Part shown: one piece after another, positions 44,951 through 54,217 of the stretch
How positions within the stretch are numbered: position 1 is the stretch's first letter
Layout: each line of letters opens with the position of its first letter
IMG/VR virus record: IMGVR_UViG_3300029258_002750
Coordinates: 124,001-188,000 of that record
Reading direction: 5' to 3' (one strand)
DNA length: 64,000 nucleotides
The notes under the pieces: model-generated
The model's database searches: none
What the model was told of the DNA's origin: nothing
What the model saw: only the letters and a program-made list of their open reading frames with translations
Translations under genes and position numbers: made by a program

Positions 44951-45225
44951 CCTACCAGCAGGCGTGCAAGCTCAGTGAGGTTGGGATCGCTGTCCGATGC
45001 AGCGGTGACCTCGCGATCTACTGGACGTGGGACCCAGACGCGCAGGCGGTGCCGAATCCTCGAGCGCCAGCTCGCGCGGTGTGCCCACGCGCGGCCCGCA
45101 TGGTGGACCACCGCTATGCCGGTCTCAACGACGACTGGCAGCCGTGGATGCCGCGCGACGTGATCACAATGCTCGGTGACCTCGTCCGCGAGAAGGAGGA
45201 ACGAGCGTGGCTGTCGGTAGCGTAG
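44947..45225 (+). CDS. DUF2829-like-outline protein with C-tag
   Basis: MTYQQACKLSEVGIAVR...NDDWQP; DVITMLGDL. Confidence 0.75.
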   Translation: MTYQQACKLSEVGIAVRCSGDLAIYWTWDPDAQAVPNPRAPARAVCPRAARMVDHRYAGLNDDWQPWMPRDVITMLGDLVREKEERAWLSVA

Positions 45226-45241
45226 AGGGGAGAGGGGCGCT

Positions 45242-45751
45242 GTGAACTTGGATTCGGCGATACGGTCTAGTGGCATTCGCGTTGCGGTTCGCGAGAGCCT
45301 CGTACCGCTGGTCACGGGCCGGGGCCGGTACCGTACCCGTGAGGAGTGGCGGAAGATCCGCATCTGGGAACTGCCCTACATTGCTACGAAGAACCTGGTC
45401 AAGTTCGACGACAGGACAGGGGAGCCGGTCTACGAGACGAGGGTCTACACCAACCAAGGGCAGCCGGTTGCGCTCGCGCTCGCGAAGCGTCGGGACGACG
45501 ATGACTGGGTTCCGGTCGACCGTGTGGACCCGATCACGCTCATGGGCAACCTGCTCGATCGCGAGGAGATCGTGGCCCGGCAGCGTCGGATCACGACCAG
45601 GAAGCGCGAGCTGGGGGTTCCCGAGGGACAGGAGTGGACCTGTACCTGGATCCACGACCTGATCGACGATGGCGAAGACGAGCGCGACCTGATGGACCGG
45701 ATCTTCGGCGGTCCTCCTGCCGCCATCAAGCCGCCGATTCCGCCGGTATGA
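45242..45751 (+). CDS. DUF2829-like-outline protein with C-tag
   Basis: MNLDSAIRSSGIRVAVR...DDDWVP; DPITLMGNL. Confidence 0.75.
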   Translation: MNLDSAIRSSGIRVAVRESLVPLVTGRGRYRTREEWRKIRIWELPYIATKNLVKFDDRTGEPVYETRVYTNQGQPVALALAKRRDDDDWVPVDRVDPITLMGNLLDREEIVARQRRITTRKRELGVPEGQEWTCTWIHDLIDDGEDERDLMDRIFGGPPAAIKPPIPPV

Positions 45752-45758
45752 TGCCGGT

Positions 45759-46124
45759 ATGAGCAAGACGACCTCGATCCGCCTTACTCACCGCATCTGC
45801 AACGACCTGCGGATCGTCCTTCGGAAGAAGAGCGACGAGGTGCTCGTGACCAACCGGAACGAGTACGTCCACTACAAGAAGGTCGCCGAGCAGCTCGATC
45901 GGGAGAAGGCCAGCGTGAAGGGTGGTGTCACCGTCCACATGAGCTACTGGTCGAGGTCGGCGCTTCTCGTCCTCCGCGAGCTGCTCTTCGCTCTGCTCGA
46001 GGACTGCACCCAGGTCCAGATCCGCCGCGCGGTCCTCAAGCGGATCGCGACGATCGAGGACTATGCCGAGGTCTCGGCCGTCGAGCGGCTCGGCAACATC
46101 GTCCAGCTGAAAGTAGCTTCGTGA
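45759..46124 (+). CDS. hypothetical protein with C-tag
   Basis: SAVERLGNI. Confidence 0.8.
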   Translation: MSKTTSIRLTHRICNDLRIVLRKKSDEVLVTNRNEYVHYKKVAEQLDREKASVKGGVTVHMSYWSRSALLVLRELLFALLEDCTQVQIRRAVLKRIATIEDYAEVSAVERLGNIVQLKVAS

Positions 46125-46468
46125 GTTTCGTGCGTCCCGTGTTCAATGCCCGGGGAACCTGGACGGGTAGGTTTTCGGCGGGTAGGCGGCAGACGCACCC
46201 GAAGTTCAAGATGCGGCCGTTCTCGTATCGCTCGCGGCAAGTGATCAAGCGGCACGTGGATCGGTGGGAAGCCTGGAGGGCCGCTCCCAACAACCAGGCG
46301 AATGCAGAGCACCTCATCTTCCTGGTCGATGCCTGTACGCCATCGGCGCTCAAGGCGCGAGGCATGGGCCGAGCCGCACGGCTGGCACGAGACGAGATCT
46401 TGGACCGGCTGTACGAGCTTCAGCAGATGAGTGCTGTGGAGCTGATGACGCTGCTCATCGAGTTCTAA
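46121..46468 (+). CDS. hypothetical protein with degenerate C-tag
   Basis: SAVELMTLL. Confidence 0.75.
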   Translation: MSFVRPVFNARGTWTGRFSAGRRQTHPKFKMRPFSYRSRQVIKRHVDRWEAWRAAPNNQANAEHLIFLVDACTPSALKARGMGRAARLARDEILDRLYELQQMSAVELMTLLIEF

Positions 46469-46536
46469 CCCCAGGCGGAAGCTCTCCTTGCCTCCGGCCC
46501 CCTTGGACGAGATCATAGGGGTTCCCCGGAGGCTCC

Positions 46537-49500
46537 ATGAACCTGACCGAGCTTAGGGACTCCTGCATCCAGTGCGTGTGCAAGCATCTTGCCCAGGCCG
46601 AGGTGCTGATGGGCGAATCGGTCCAGGGTTACCCCGAGCACAGGTGGCTGGCGATTGGTCATATGGGCGAGGCGGCTGACGAGTGCTGCAAGGACTTCCC
46701 GAAGCTCGCGGCCGAGATCCGCAAGCACCGGACGCGTTACATGGCCGATCCCTCCTACTCCGTTCCGGTCATGGAGCTGATCGAGAAGGCGAATCGCATG
46801 GCGACCAAGACCGAGAACATCCAACCGGCGCGTACCCTCGATGAGGCCCTGGCCTTTCTGGATGAGGGGCGGCGGCGGAAGCACCGGGAGACGGAGCTAC
46901 TCACGCCCGCGCAACTGCACGCTCTGGTGAATCACGAGGCCGACCAGGACTACCTCAAGTGGGCGCACGGCTTCGCCAGCCGCTACAACGAGCGCGCCGG
47001 TCTCGATCTGCACGGGCCGGGCGGCGACGCCAAGGGCGCCGCCGAGGTTGCCGAGCAGGCCGAGGCGCTCGACGACGAGCGAGTCGACGGCCGGTTGGAC
47101 GAGGGCTCGTGGAAGGACAAGTTCTCCGAGCAGTGGCCCGGTGGTCCAGTCTCGCAGGACGAGAAGCTGTTCAAGGACCACGGCCACAAGCTCGGCGACT
47201 GGCTCCGCAAGTTCATGGACGACAACATCCCGAAGAAGGCCAAGGGGTGGCTCGCCAGCAAGAGTCAGGCGAAGTGGTACAAGAAGGGCCTGGAGGAGCT
47301 TGAGAAGGCGGCGAAGGCCGGTGGCGAGCCCCCGCCACCTCCGAAGAAGAAGAAGAAGTTCAAGCCCAGCCACTACCAGCAGGCGATCTTCGACTGGGTC
47401 GCCGATGCGTCGAAGAAGGACAAGGCCGCGCTCGTCGTGGACGCGAAGGCGGGCGCGGGAAAAAGCACCACCATGGAGCAGGCGCTCGAGTTCGTGCCGC
47501 CCGGCCAGAAGGTCGTGTTCCTGGCCTTCAACACCGACATTGCCAACGCGCTGGCCGAGCGCGTCAAGGACATGAAGAACGTCGAGGCCGCGACGATCAA
47601 CGCCTACGGGCGCGCGTCGGTGGTCAAGGCGTTCAAGAAGGGCGGCAAGCCGCCTGAGCTGGTGAAGAACAAGAACCGGCTCATCTGCGACGAGCTGGTG
47701 AAGAAGCTCGCCCCCGACAAGAAGACAGCCGAGAAGTACGAGTCGACCTACGGCTACGACATGGGCGAGGCCATCACCAAGCGCAAGATGATGGGCACGC
47801 TCGACGAGAAGGGCGAGATGCAGTTCCCGCCCTGGAAGGAGGTCTTGGCCAGGTTCGAGATCGACCTTCCGACGTCTGGGACCCAAGGCGAGTACCTCAC
47901 GCCGCAGCAGGTCACGGACACGCTGGAGGAGGCGTTCCAGCGGAGTGTCGATGACAAGGTGACGATGGAGTACGCCGACCAGGTGCTCTGGCCGGTGATG
48001 CACAACCTGCCGATCATCAGCCGGGCGACTGGGAAGAAGGCCAACCTCGACTGGGCGATGGTTGACGAGGTCCAAGACCTCTGCCCGCTCGAGCGCGAGT
48101 TCGCCAAGCGACTCGCCCCGCGCCACATGCTGGTGGGCGACCCGAACCAGTCGATCTACGCCTTCAAGGGCTCAGATCCCGACTCGATGTCGAAGATGCA
48201 GGAGCAGCTCGGCGCGGAGGAGAAGCCGCTCTCGATCTGCTATCGCTGCCCGAAGAAGGTCATCACCGAGGCGCAGACGCTCGTTCCCACGATCGAGGCG
48301 GCCCCGAACGCACCTGACGGCGACGTCCAGACCATCAAGCACGCGCAGTTCTACGAGACCCTCAAGCCGGGGGACTTCGTGCTCTGCCGCACCAACGCGC
48401 CGAACGTGGCCGCCGCGCTGGGGCTGATCGCTCAGGGCAAGAAGGCGAACGTCGTCGGCCGTGACATCGGGAAGTCCCTGAGCAGGCTGATCGAGAGGAT
48501 CGGCGGCAAGAAGGGCCACAAGGACATGCCCATCGACGAGTTCGCTGGGAAGGTGCAGAGCTGGCACGCGAAGGAGACCAAGCGGCTGACGGCCGAGAAG
48601 AAGGAGCACTTGCTCCAGGGTCTCGACGACAAGCGCGACTGCCTCCAGGCTCTCATGTCGAAGGGCGACGTGAAGGTCGCCGGTGACCTGATCAAGGTGG
48701 TCAACCAGCTGTTCGTGCAGGACCCGACACCGGCCATCAACTTCTCCTCGGTGCACAAGGCGAAGGGTCTGGAGGCGGACAACGTCTACATCCAGCGGCC
48801 CGACCTCCTGCCGCTACCGAAGGCGCTGAAGTCCGAGGATCCGGTCCAGATCCAGCAGGAAGACAACCTCAAGTACGTGGCGATCACGCGCGCGAAGAAG
48901 GCGCTGACGTGGGTCCTGCCGCCGCCGAAGGAGGGCGAGGACGAGGGGCCGACCGCTCCGCTGCCGTCACCGCCTCCGCCTCCCAAGCCCTCGCCCGCGC
49001 CTCCCCCGCCACCCGCGCCGGAGGCGAAGAAGCCCAAGGCGAAGAAGAAGGTCACCAAGAAGAAGAAGGTCACCAAGAAGAAGGTCAAGAAGAAGAAGGT
49101 CACCAAGAAGAAGGTCAAGAAGAAGGGTGTCACGAAGGCCGACATCGCCAAGCTGATGTCGATGATCCCGGACGACGCCACAATGGCCGACTGGGGCGAG
49201 TCAATTGACCCGAACGGCGCGACGCTGTTCGAGCGTGTTGTCGGGGTCCTCGATGAGGGTGCCGACTTCACCAAGGGCCGACGGAAGGTCTCCAAGAAGA
49301 AGCTGGTCGCGAAGAAGAAGGCTGCGGCCAGCGTCAAGATGCCCAAGAACGCGGCCCAGGCGGCCGAGCAGATCAAGGCCGCGCTGGCGAAGGGCGATCA
49401 GGCGACGGCGAACCGCGTCTGGGAGCTGTACGTGCACGGCGGCGGGCTGGGCGAGCCGGGGATGTGGGGCTACCAGTCGCGCAAGGCCGACATTCGCCAG

Positions 49501-51789
49501 ACCAAGCTCGCCAAGCTCGGCGTCTCGTGGAAGGGGTCTGGGCCGGTCGTCGAGGGGAAGGAGACGACTGCGGATCTGGTGCTGGCCGAGGTGAACGCGC
49601 TGACCGGAGGGAACACCATCAGCGCGACCGCGCTGGCCAGGAAGATCGGTCGAGCGCGAGGAACCGTCGTCAAGGCGGCCAGTAGGCTGGCCATGCGCGG
49701 CAAGATCGAGCGGTTGTCTGGTCTGGACGTCTACGCGCCTCTTCGAGAGGGGCGCGAGGTCAACAAGGACGGCACGATGTCCTGCGGCGTCTTCCTGCCG
49801 GTGCCGTCGAACCTGGCTCGCTACTTCCCGGACAAGAGCGAGGAGGACGACTCGGTCCCGCACTTCACGGTGCTCTACGCCGGTGATCTCTCGCCAGCTG
49901 ACTACGGGAAGCTGGTCGATGTGGTCGGCAAGGTCGCTCGGAAGCACGAGCCCTTCCTGATGCGGATGGGCGGCTACGGCGAGTTCACGAACAACAACGG
50001 CCAGACGATCCCGCACATGATCGGCAACGCCTGGCCCGAGAAGGCGAGCCTCAACGATCTGCACGCGGCTATCCGCAAGGCGGCCGAGCAGGCCGGTGTT
50101 CCGATCGCGCACACGTATGGACCAAACGAAGACAAGAAGAAGGGCTACGCCGAACAGTTCAAGGCGCACGCGACGCTGGCCTACATCAACCCGGGCGAAC
50201 CGGCCTACAAGGGCCACAGGCCCGAAGGGAGCTGGAAGGTGACCGACCTGGAGCTGTGGGGCCACGAGAAGTATCGGGTGCCGCTCGGTGCGACCGTGAC
50301 CGAGGACTACAAGGCGACCAAGAAGAAGGCGAAGAAGAAGGCGAAGAAGCCCAAGGGGTCCAAGGCATTCCTCAAGGACGTGGAGGAAGCCGCCAGCAAG
50401 CTCGCTGGCAAGCCGCTCAAGGTCGACAAGCACTCGACGACGCTTGGGAAGGGATTCGACTACTCGTTCAAGAGCGGTGGCCGGTTCAAGATCCGGCTTC
50501 GCCCGGATGGCTCGTTCACGGTCAAGCTCCAGGGACAACCGAAGCCGCACTATCGCTACCGGGGCGACGGCGCGACCCTCGCTGGCGCGCTGGCTTCGAT
50601 GAAGTCGGAGAAGACCAAGGGTAAGAAGCCTCCCGAGCACCACGTGCAGATCGCGAAGGCCGGGAAGAAGCCCAAGATGAAGCCGTGGGCAGTCGGCGAG
50701 CCTGGCCCCAAGCAGGCGAAGGTGAATGGCATCATGCTGTTCAACGACCTGGGCGTGGACCAGGAGACCTGGGACCGCTACGCGACGGCCTGCAAGGACT
50801 CGATGGACCTGCTCAAGAAGCGCGGCTTCGGCTTCATGCTGCCGAACGTGACGATGCACCTCCGCACCGGCACGGCGCTGGGAAACTACGACATGAAGAC
50901 GAAGATCGTCGAGATCTTCGTGAACACGATCGGCGCGAAGCAGACTCCGGCCAAGATCATGACCACGATGGTCCACGAGATGGGACACCACTACTACTAT
51001 CGGGAGATCCCTCGCGCGCGCAGGAAGACCTACGCCTGGTACTTCGGGCTCGCGAAGAAGCCAACCGAGAAGGGGAAGAAGCACGGCGACTTCCCCAGCT
51101 CCTACGGGGCGACGAAGCGCTACGAGGACTTCGCCGAGATCTTCGCGGCCTACATCGGCAAGGGGCACAAGATCCAGAGTCGCTACAAGCTCACGAAGGA
51201 CATCATGGACCGCTTCCGTACGTTCATGGCGCCCGACAAGCGCGTGGACCTGCGCGAGGACGAGGAGCTGTTCGGCGATGGCCTCTCGTCGGTGCTCGAG
51301 CGGCGCGAGGTGGTGACCCTGGGCGTCTGCTGCGCGCTCTGCGAGGCCGAGGGCAGCAAGACCGGAGGGGGCAGCAAATGGGTGCATCCGCTGGCGCTGC
51401 TCGCCAGGAGGCGCGCCAGGATCGATGCCAGGGACGGTCACGACGACGCGGCCGAGTATTGGCGCGGGTGGGCTGTCGGTTCGTTCCTGACGGCCAAGAA
51501 GGGCAAGGGCGACGACCCGGGCAGCAAGAGCACTCATCGTCTCGCGCTCCGCGCGCGCGACTGGGCCGAGAAGGATGACGAGGAGGGGCACAGCGACGCG
51601 GCCGAGTACTGGCGCGGGTGGGCAGCCGGGGCGTTCCTGACGGCCGAGGCTGTGGACTTCCCTCACCGCTACAGCTCGCCTGCCCAGGGCTCCTCGCGCA
51701 CGGGCGTGGGGACTGCTCCCGTCGAAGACCCGGGGGAAGCGCTGCCGCCGCCCGCGAAGCGGCGGAAGCTGAAGACGCCGCGCCCGTAA
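46537..51789 (+). CDS. 1750-aa polyvalent protein: UvrD/SF1 helicase + 2H phosphoesterase + zincin metallopeptidase-like
   Basis: AKAGAGKST, DEVQD, VGDPNQSIYAF, YRCP, SVHKAKGLE, YVAITRAK; PHFT (49858) and HATL (50167); HEMGH (50974) ...EDFAE. Confidence 0.9.
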   Translation: MNLTELRDSCIQCVCKHLAQAEVLMGESVQGYPEHRWLAIGHMGEAADECCKDFPKLAAEIRKHRTRYMADPSYSVPVMELIEKANRMATKTENIQPARTLDEALAFLDEGRRRKHRETELLTPAQLHALVNHEADQDYLKWAHGFASRYNERAGLDLHGPGGDAKGAAEVAEQAEALDDERVDGRLDEGSWKDKFSEQWPGGPVSQDEKLFKDHGHKLGDWLRKFMDDNIPKKAKGWLASKSQAKWYKKGLEELEKAAKAGGEPPPPPKKKKKFKPSHYQQAIFDWVADASKKDKAALVVDAKAGAGKSTTMEQALEFVPPGQKVVFLAFNTDIANALAERVKDMKNVEAATINAYGRASVVKAFKKGGKPPELVKNKNRLICDELVKKLAPDKKTAEKYESTYGYDMGEAITKRKMMGTLDEKGEMQFPPWKEVLARFEIDLPTSGTQGEYLTPQQVTDTLEEAFQRSVDDKVTMEYADQVLWPVMHNLPIISRATGKKANLDWAMVDEVQDLCPLEREFAKRLAPRHMLVGDPNQSIYAFKGSDPDSMSKMQEQLGAEEKPLSICYRCPKKVITEAQTLVPTIEAAPNAPDGDVQTIKHAQFYETLKPGDFVLCRTNAPNVAAALGLIAQGKKANVVGRDIGKSLSRLIERIGGKKGHKDMPIDEFAGKVQSWHAKETKRLTAEKKEHLLQGLDDKRDCLQALMSKGDVKVAGDLIKVVNQLFVQDPTPAINFSSVHKAKGLEADNVYIQRPDLLPLPKALKSEDPVQIQQEDNLKYVAITRAKKALTWVLPPPKEGEDEGPTAPLPSPPPPPKPSPAPPPPPAPEAKKPKAKKKVTKKKKVTKKKVKKKKVTKKKVKKKGVTKADIAKLMSMIPDDATMADWGESIDPNGATLFERVVGVLDEGADFTKGRRKVSKKKLVAKKKAAASVKMPKNAAQAAEQIKAALAKGDQATANRVWELYVHGGGLGEPGMWGYQSRKADIRQTKLAKLGVSWKGSGPVVEGKETTADLVLAEVNALTGGNTISATALARKIGRARGTVVKAASRLAMRGKIERLSGLDVYAPLREGREVNKDGTMSCGVFLPVPSNLARYFPDKSEEDDSVPHFTVLYAGDLSPADYGKLVDVVGKVARKHEPFLMRMGGYGEFTNNNGQTIPHMIGNAWPEKASLNDLHAAIRKAAEQAGVPIAHTYGPNEDKKKGYAEQFKAHATLAYINPGEPAYKGHRPEGSWKVTDLELWGHEKYRVPLGATVTEDYKATKKKAKKKAKKPKGSKAFLKDVEEAASKLAGKPLKVDKHSTTLGKGFDYSFKSGGRFKIRLRPDGSFTVKLQGQPKPHYRYRGDGATLAGALASMKSEKTKGKKPPEHHVQIAKAGKKPKMKPWAVGEPGPKQAKVNGIMLFNDLGVDQETWDRYATACKDSMDLLKKRGFGFMLPNVTMHLRTGTALGNYDMKTKIVEIFVNTIGAKQTPAKIMTTMVHEMGHHYYYREIPRARRKTYAWYFGLAKKPTEKGKKHGDFPSSYGATKRYEDFAEIFAAYIGKGHKIQSRYKLTKDIMDRFRTFMAPDKRVDLREDEELFGDGLSSVLERREVVTLGVCCALCEAEGSKTGGGSKWVHPLALLARRRARIDARDGHDDAAEYWRGWAVGSFLTAKKGKGDDPGSKSTHRLALRARDWAEKDDEEGHSDAAEYWRGWAAGAFLTAEAVDFPHRYSSPAQGSSRTGVGTAPVEDPGEALPPPAKRRKLKTPRP
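49041..49130 (+). repeat. AAGAAG(AAG)GTC(ACC) microrepeats encoding a KKKVT linker
   Basis: read directly. Confidence 0.8.
51445..51645 (+). repeat. 150-nt-period repeat encoding DAAEYWRGWAxGxFLTA twice
   Basis: copies 51445-51495 and 51595-51645. Confidence 0.85.
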
Positions 51790-51850
51790 GTCGTTTAGAA
51801 CTCACCAACCGCGTCGAGATGCTCGACGTGGCTCGGGTGTCTGGCGAGCT

Positions 51851-51859
51851 GGGTAGAAC
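51851..51859 (+). promoter_or_regulatory. GGGTAGAAC putative promoter, leaderless
   Basis: 6 nt before GTG 51866. Confidence 0.75.
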
Positions 51860-51865
51860 CTCGGT

Positions 51866-52330
51866 GTGGAAGACCGTATCGTCGGCCTACAGGGACTCTT
51901 CGACAAGTGTGTCGCACGCGGCGTGAGCTGGAAGAAGCTCGCGGCCGTGTTCGATGGCATCGGCGGCTACCTCGGCGTGCGCGGCCGGGAGCTGGGCTAC
52001 GACGATGTCCAGTGGAACGCGGCCACGGTGCGAACAGCTCTCCACACGATGAGGCTCGCGGCCGAGCCGAAGACCCATCGTGTGCGCGGCGGCTACCACC
52101 CGACGAGGCCGCGCTACGCGCACGTGGATCTCAGTGTGGAGGAGATCCAGAGGCGGTCGATCCCGCACCTACAGCGGTGCATGGAGGCTACGCTCGACGC
52201 TTTCCGCTTCTTCGCCAGGCGGTACCGTGACGAGTTCGCGGACGAGCTGGAGCGCATTCTCAAGATCGGACTCACCGAGCACCTGGACGCGATCGACGCG
52301 CTGGGTGCGCTGACACCAGTAGAGGACTGA
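51866..52330 (+). CDS. hypothetical protein with C-tag
   Basis: DAIDALGAL. Confidence 0.8.
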   Translation: MEDRIVGLQGLFDKCVARGVSWKKLAAVFDGIGGYLGVRGRELGYDDVQWNAATVRTALHTMRLAAEPKTHRVRGGYHPTRPRYAHVDLSVEEIQRRSIPHLQRCMEATLDAFRFFARRYRDEFADELERILKIGLTEHLDAIDALGALTPVED

Positions 52331-52332
52331 GT

Positions 52333-52683
52333 ATGGACGGCAACGCCTATCAGGAGAAGACCAGGACGACCGCGATCTACGTGGAAACGGTCCAGCCGAT
52401 CTCGCAGGAGGAGGCCAGGATCGTCTACACGATGTTCGGCATGATGGGCGAGCTGGGCGAGCTGGCCGAGAAGGTCAAGAAGACCCTGCGCGGCGGGAAG
52501 ACGCTCGCCTCGATCAAGGGTGACCAGCGGTTCGCGAAGGAGCTGGGCGACATCGCCTGGTATTTCTCGGAGACCTGCACCGAGCTGGGCTTCAAGGTCA
52601 ACGACGTGCTCGAGGGCAACGTCGCCAAGCTGGCATCCCGGAAGGAGCGCGGCGTCCTGCACGGGGAGGGAGACGATCGCTGA
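52333..52683 (+). CDS. mazG: MazG-like nucleotide pyrophosphohydrolase
   Basis: GMMGELGELAEKVKK...KELGDIAWY...N..KL.SR..RG.L.G.GD.R. Confidence 0.9.
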   Translation: MDGNAYQEKTRTTAIYVETVQPISQEEARIVYTMFGMMGELGELAEKVKKTLRGGKTLASIKGDQRFAKELGDIAWYFSETCTELGFKVNDVLEGNVAKLASRKERGVLHGEGDDR

Positions 52684-53075
52684 ACGATCCTCTTGTTCCG
52701 CTCACGCCCGGCCCGCCGTGCCCGTCCTGTGGCTCGCGCGTGTCCATGCGCGCGCTCATGATGCTGCGCGACTCGCTGGAGGAGCGGAAGAAGAGGATCG
52801 AGCAACGTCGTCGGGAGGCCGCAGCTCCGCCCGGCTCTCTACTCGCTGGCAACAGCGCGGTCATCGGGGCGATGAACGTGATTCAGCAGCACGTGATCGT
52901 CACCGGGCCTGGAGGAGTCAGTAGTGAGGACGAGGTCTGTGCCGACTGCGGCACCCACTGGAAGCCGACAGCGAAGGTCGAAAGCGACGAACTGCGCGCG
53001 GAGATACGCAGGCTCCGTACGGAGATCGACTCGGCCGTAGATCTGCTCGGAGAGCTGGGTAGAACGTCACCATGA
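52680..53075 (+). CDS. double Zn-ribbon protein with C-tag
   Basis: possible CTG start at 52680 (CTGA overlap) restores CPSC...CADC; SAVDLLGEL. Confidence 0.65.
   Translation: MNDPLVPLTPGPPCPSCGSRVSMRALMMLRDSLEERKKRIEQRRREAAAPPGSLLAGNSAVIGAMNVIQQHVIVTGPGGVSSEDEVCADCGTHWKPTAKVESDELRAEIRRLRTEIDSAVDLLGELGRTSP
53057..53065 (+). promoter_or_regulatory. GGGTAGAAC putative promoter, leaderless
   Basis: 6 nt before ATG 53072 of a 29-aa mini-ORF. Confidence 0.7.
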
Positions 53076-53099
53076 GCGAGCGTCAGATCAGGAGGTCCG

Positions 53100-53768
53100 A
53101 TGTCTGGGGGCGAGATGCGTACCTGTGCGAGCGAGGGATGCGAGGAGCCGACGAAGGATGAGCGGTGTCCTCTGTGCCAAGCGGAGGACGAGGTCTTCTC
53201 CGAGGAGAAGCTCTCGCCGCGCGAGCTGCTGAAGGCTAGCCTCGCCCGACTACGACAAGTCGAGGAGGAGCACCGTGCGCTCTGCGAGAGGCTGGCGGAC
53301 AGCGAGGGCCTCGACGGCATGGCCGAGGATCTGATCGAGATCGGCCGTCTGCCGCCGTCCAAGCTCAAGTACCCGATCGAGATCACCGACGTCCGTGGAT
53401 CGGGCCTGCTCGAGTGGCTCGAAGAGAACAGGCTCAACTGGCGCAAGCCGGGCACGTTCGTCAGCGTCCGGCCATGCGGCGACGAGTACGAGGGCAAGAC
53501 CTACTTCGGCATCCTCATCGGCGATCTGCCGATCAGCGTCGGCATCAGCTATGACGACGAGACGGGTCAGCTTCACGTGTGCGCTGGGCACGGCAACCCG
53601 GCGATCTTCGTGCCCGCTCTCGGCAAGCTCATCTTCGGCTGCGGCTCGTTCTGGGGGCCGATCAAGGACCCGGAGCAGGTCCGAAAGATCACCGACGACG
53701 AGATCCAGAATCTCTGGTACATGAAGGCGATCAAGGCCCAGCTGGCTGGGCTGGAAGGCGACGCGTGA
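53100..53768 (+). CDS. hypothetical protein with N-terminal Zn finger
   Basis: CASEGC...CPLC; GGAGG RBS. Confidence 0.8.
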   Translation: MSGGEMRTCASEGCEEPTKDERCPLCQAEDEVFSEEKLSPRELLKASLARLRQVEEEHRALCERLADSEGLDGMAEDLIEIGRLPPSKLKYPIEITDVRGSGLLEWLEENRLNWRKPGTFVSVRPCGDEYEGKTYFGILIGDLPISVGISYDDETGQLHVCAGHGNPAIFVPALGKLIFGCGSFWGPIKDPEQVRKITDDEIQNLWYMKAIKAQLAGLEGDA

Positions 53769-54217
53769 CCGCCGAGGCTGTCACGATCGGGCTACCGCTG
53801 ATCACCTGGGAGAGGCTGCTGCTCGTCTTCCAAAACGCATATCAGCTTGATGCCGAGCCGCCGATGGGATGGAGCGAGGAGGAGCGCAAGCGGGAGAAGC
53901 GCGCCATGTTCTCCGCGATGGCGGCTGTAGGTCGGCAGCAGGAGGAAGCGAGGGAGCTGCCGCCTGGCGACTGGATGGTTGTCTGGGACGAGGTCGATCG
54001 TCTAACCAGGTGGAAGAACCTCAGCCAGGGAGATCGAGCGGCCATCCGCGAATTCCGGTCAGCCGTTGAGCGAGCGCCTGCGCTGCGCCCCACCTTCCGC
54101 ATCCTCGGGCTCGTGAAGCGGGCGCAGGGGTCGGTCCTCGCGGCGCAGCAGCAGGTCAGCGCTGCCCAGGAAGACGTGGGCAAGGCCCTGAAGGCGATCT
54201 TCCTTGATGGCTCGTAG
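53765..54217 (+). CDS. helical hypothetical protein
   Basis: GTG 53765 coupled. Confidence 0.7.
   Translation: MTAEAVTIGLPLITWERLLLVFQNAYQLDAEPPMGWSEEERKREKRAMFSAMAAVGRQQEEARELPPGDWMVVWDEVDRLTRWKNLSQGDRAAIREFRSAVERAPALRPTFRILGLVKRAQGSVLAAQQQVSAAQEDVGKALKAIFLDGS

Noticed and set aside
1003-51666. Long opposite-strand ORFs (e.g. 1003-2301 +, 5403-6626 +, 39442-40680 -, 46897-48126 -, 49201-51666 -)
   Set aside because: These are high-GC shadow frames of real genes, with no motifs, RBS or coupling.
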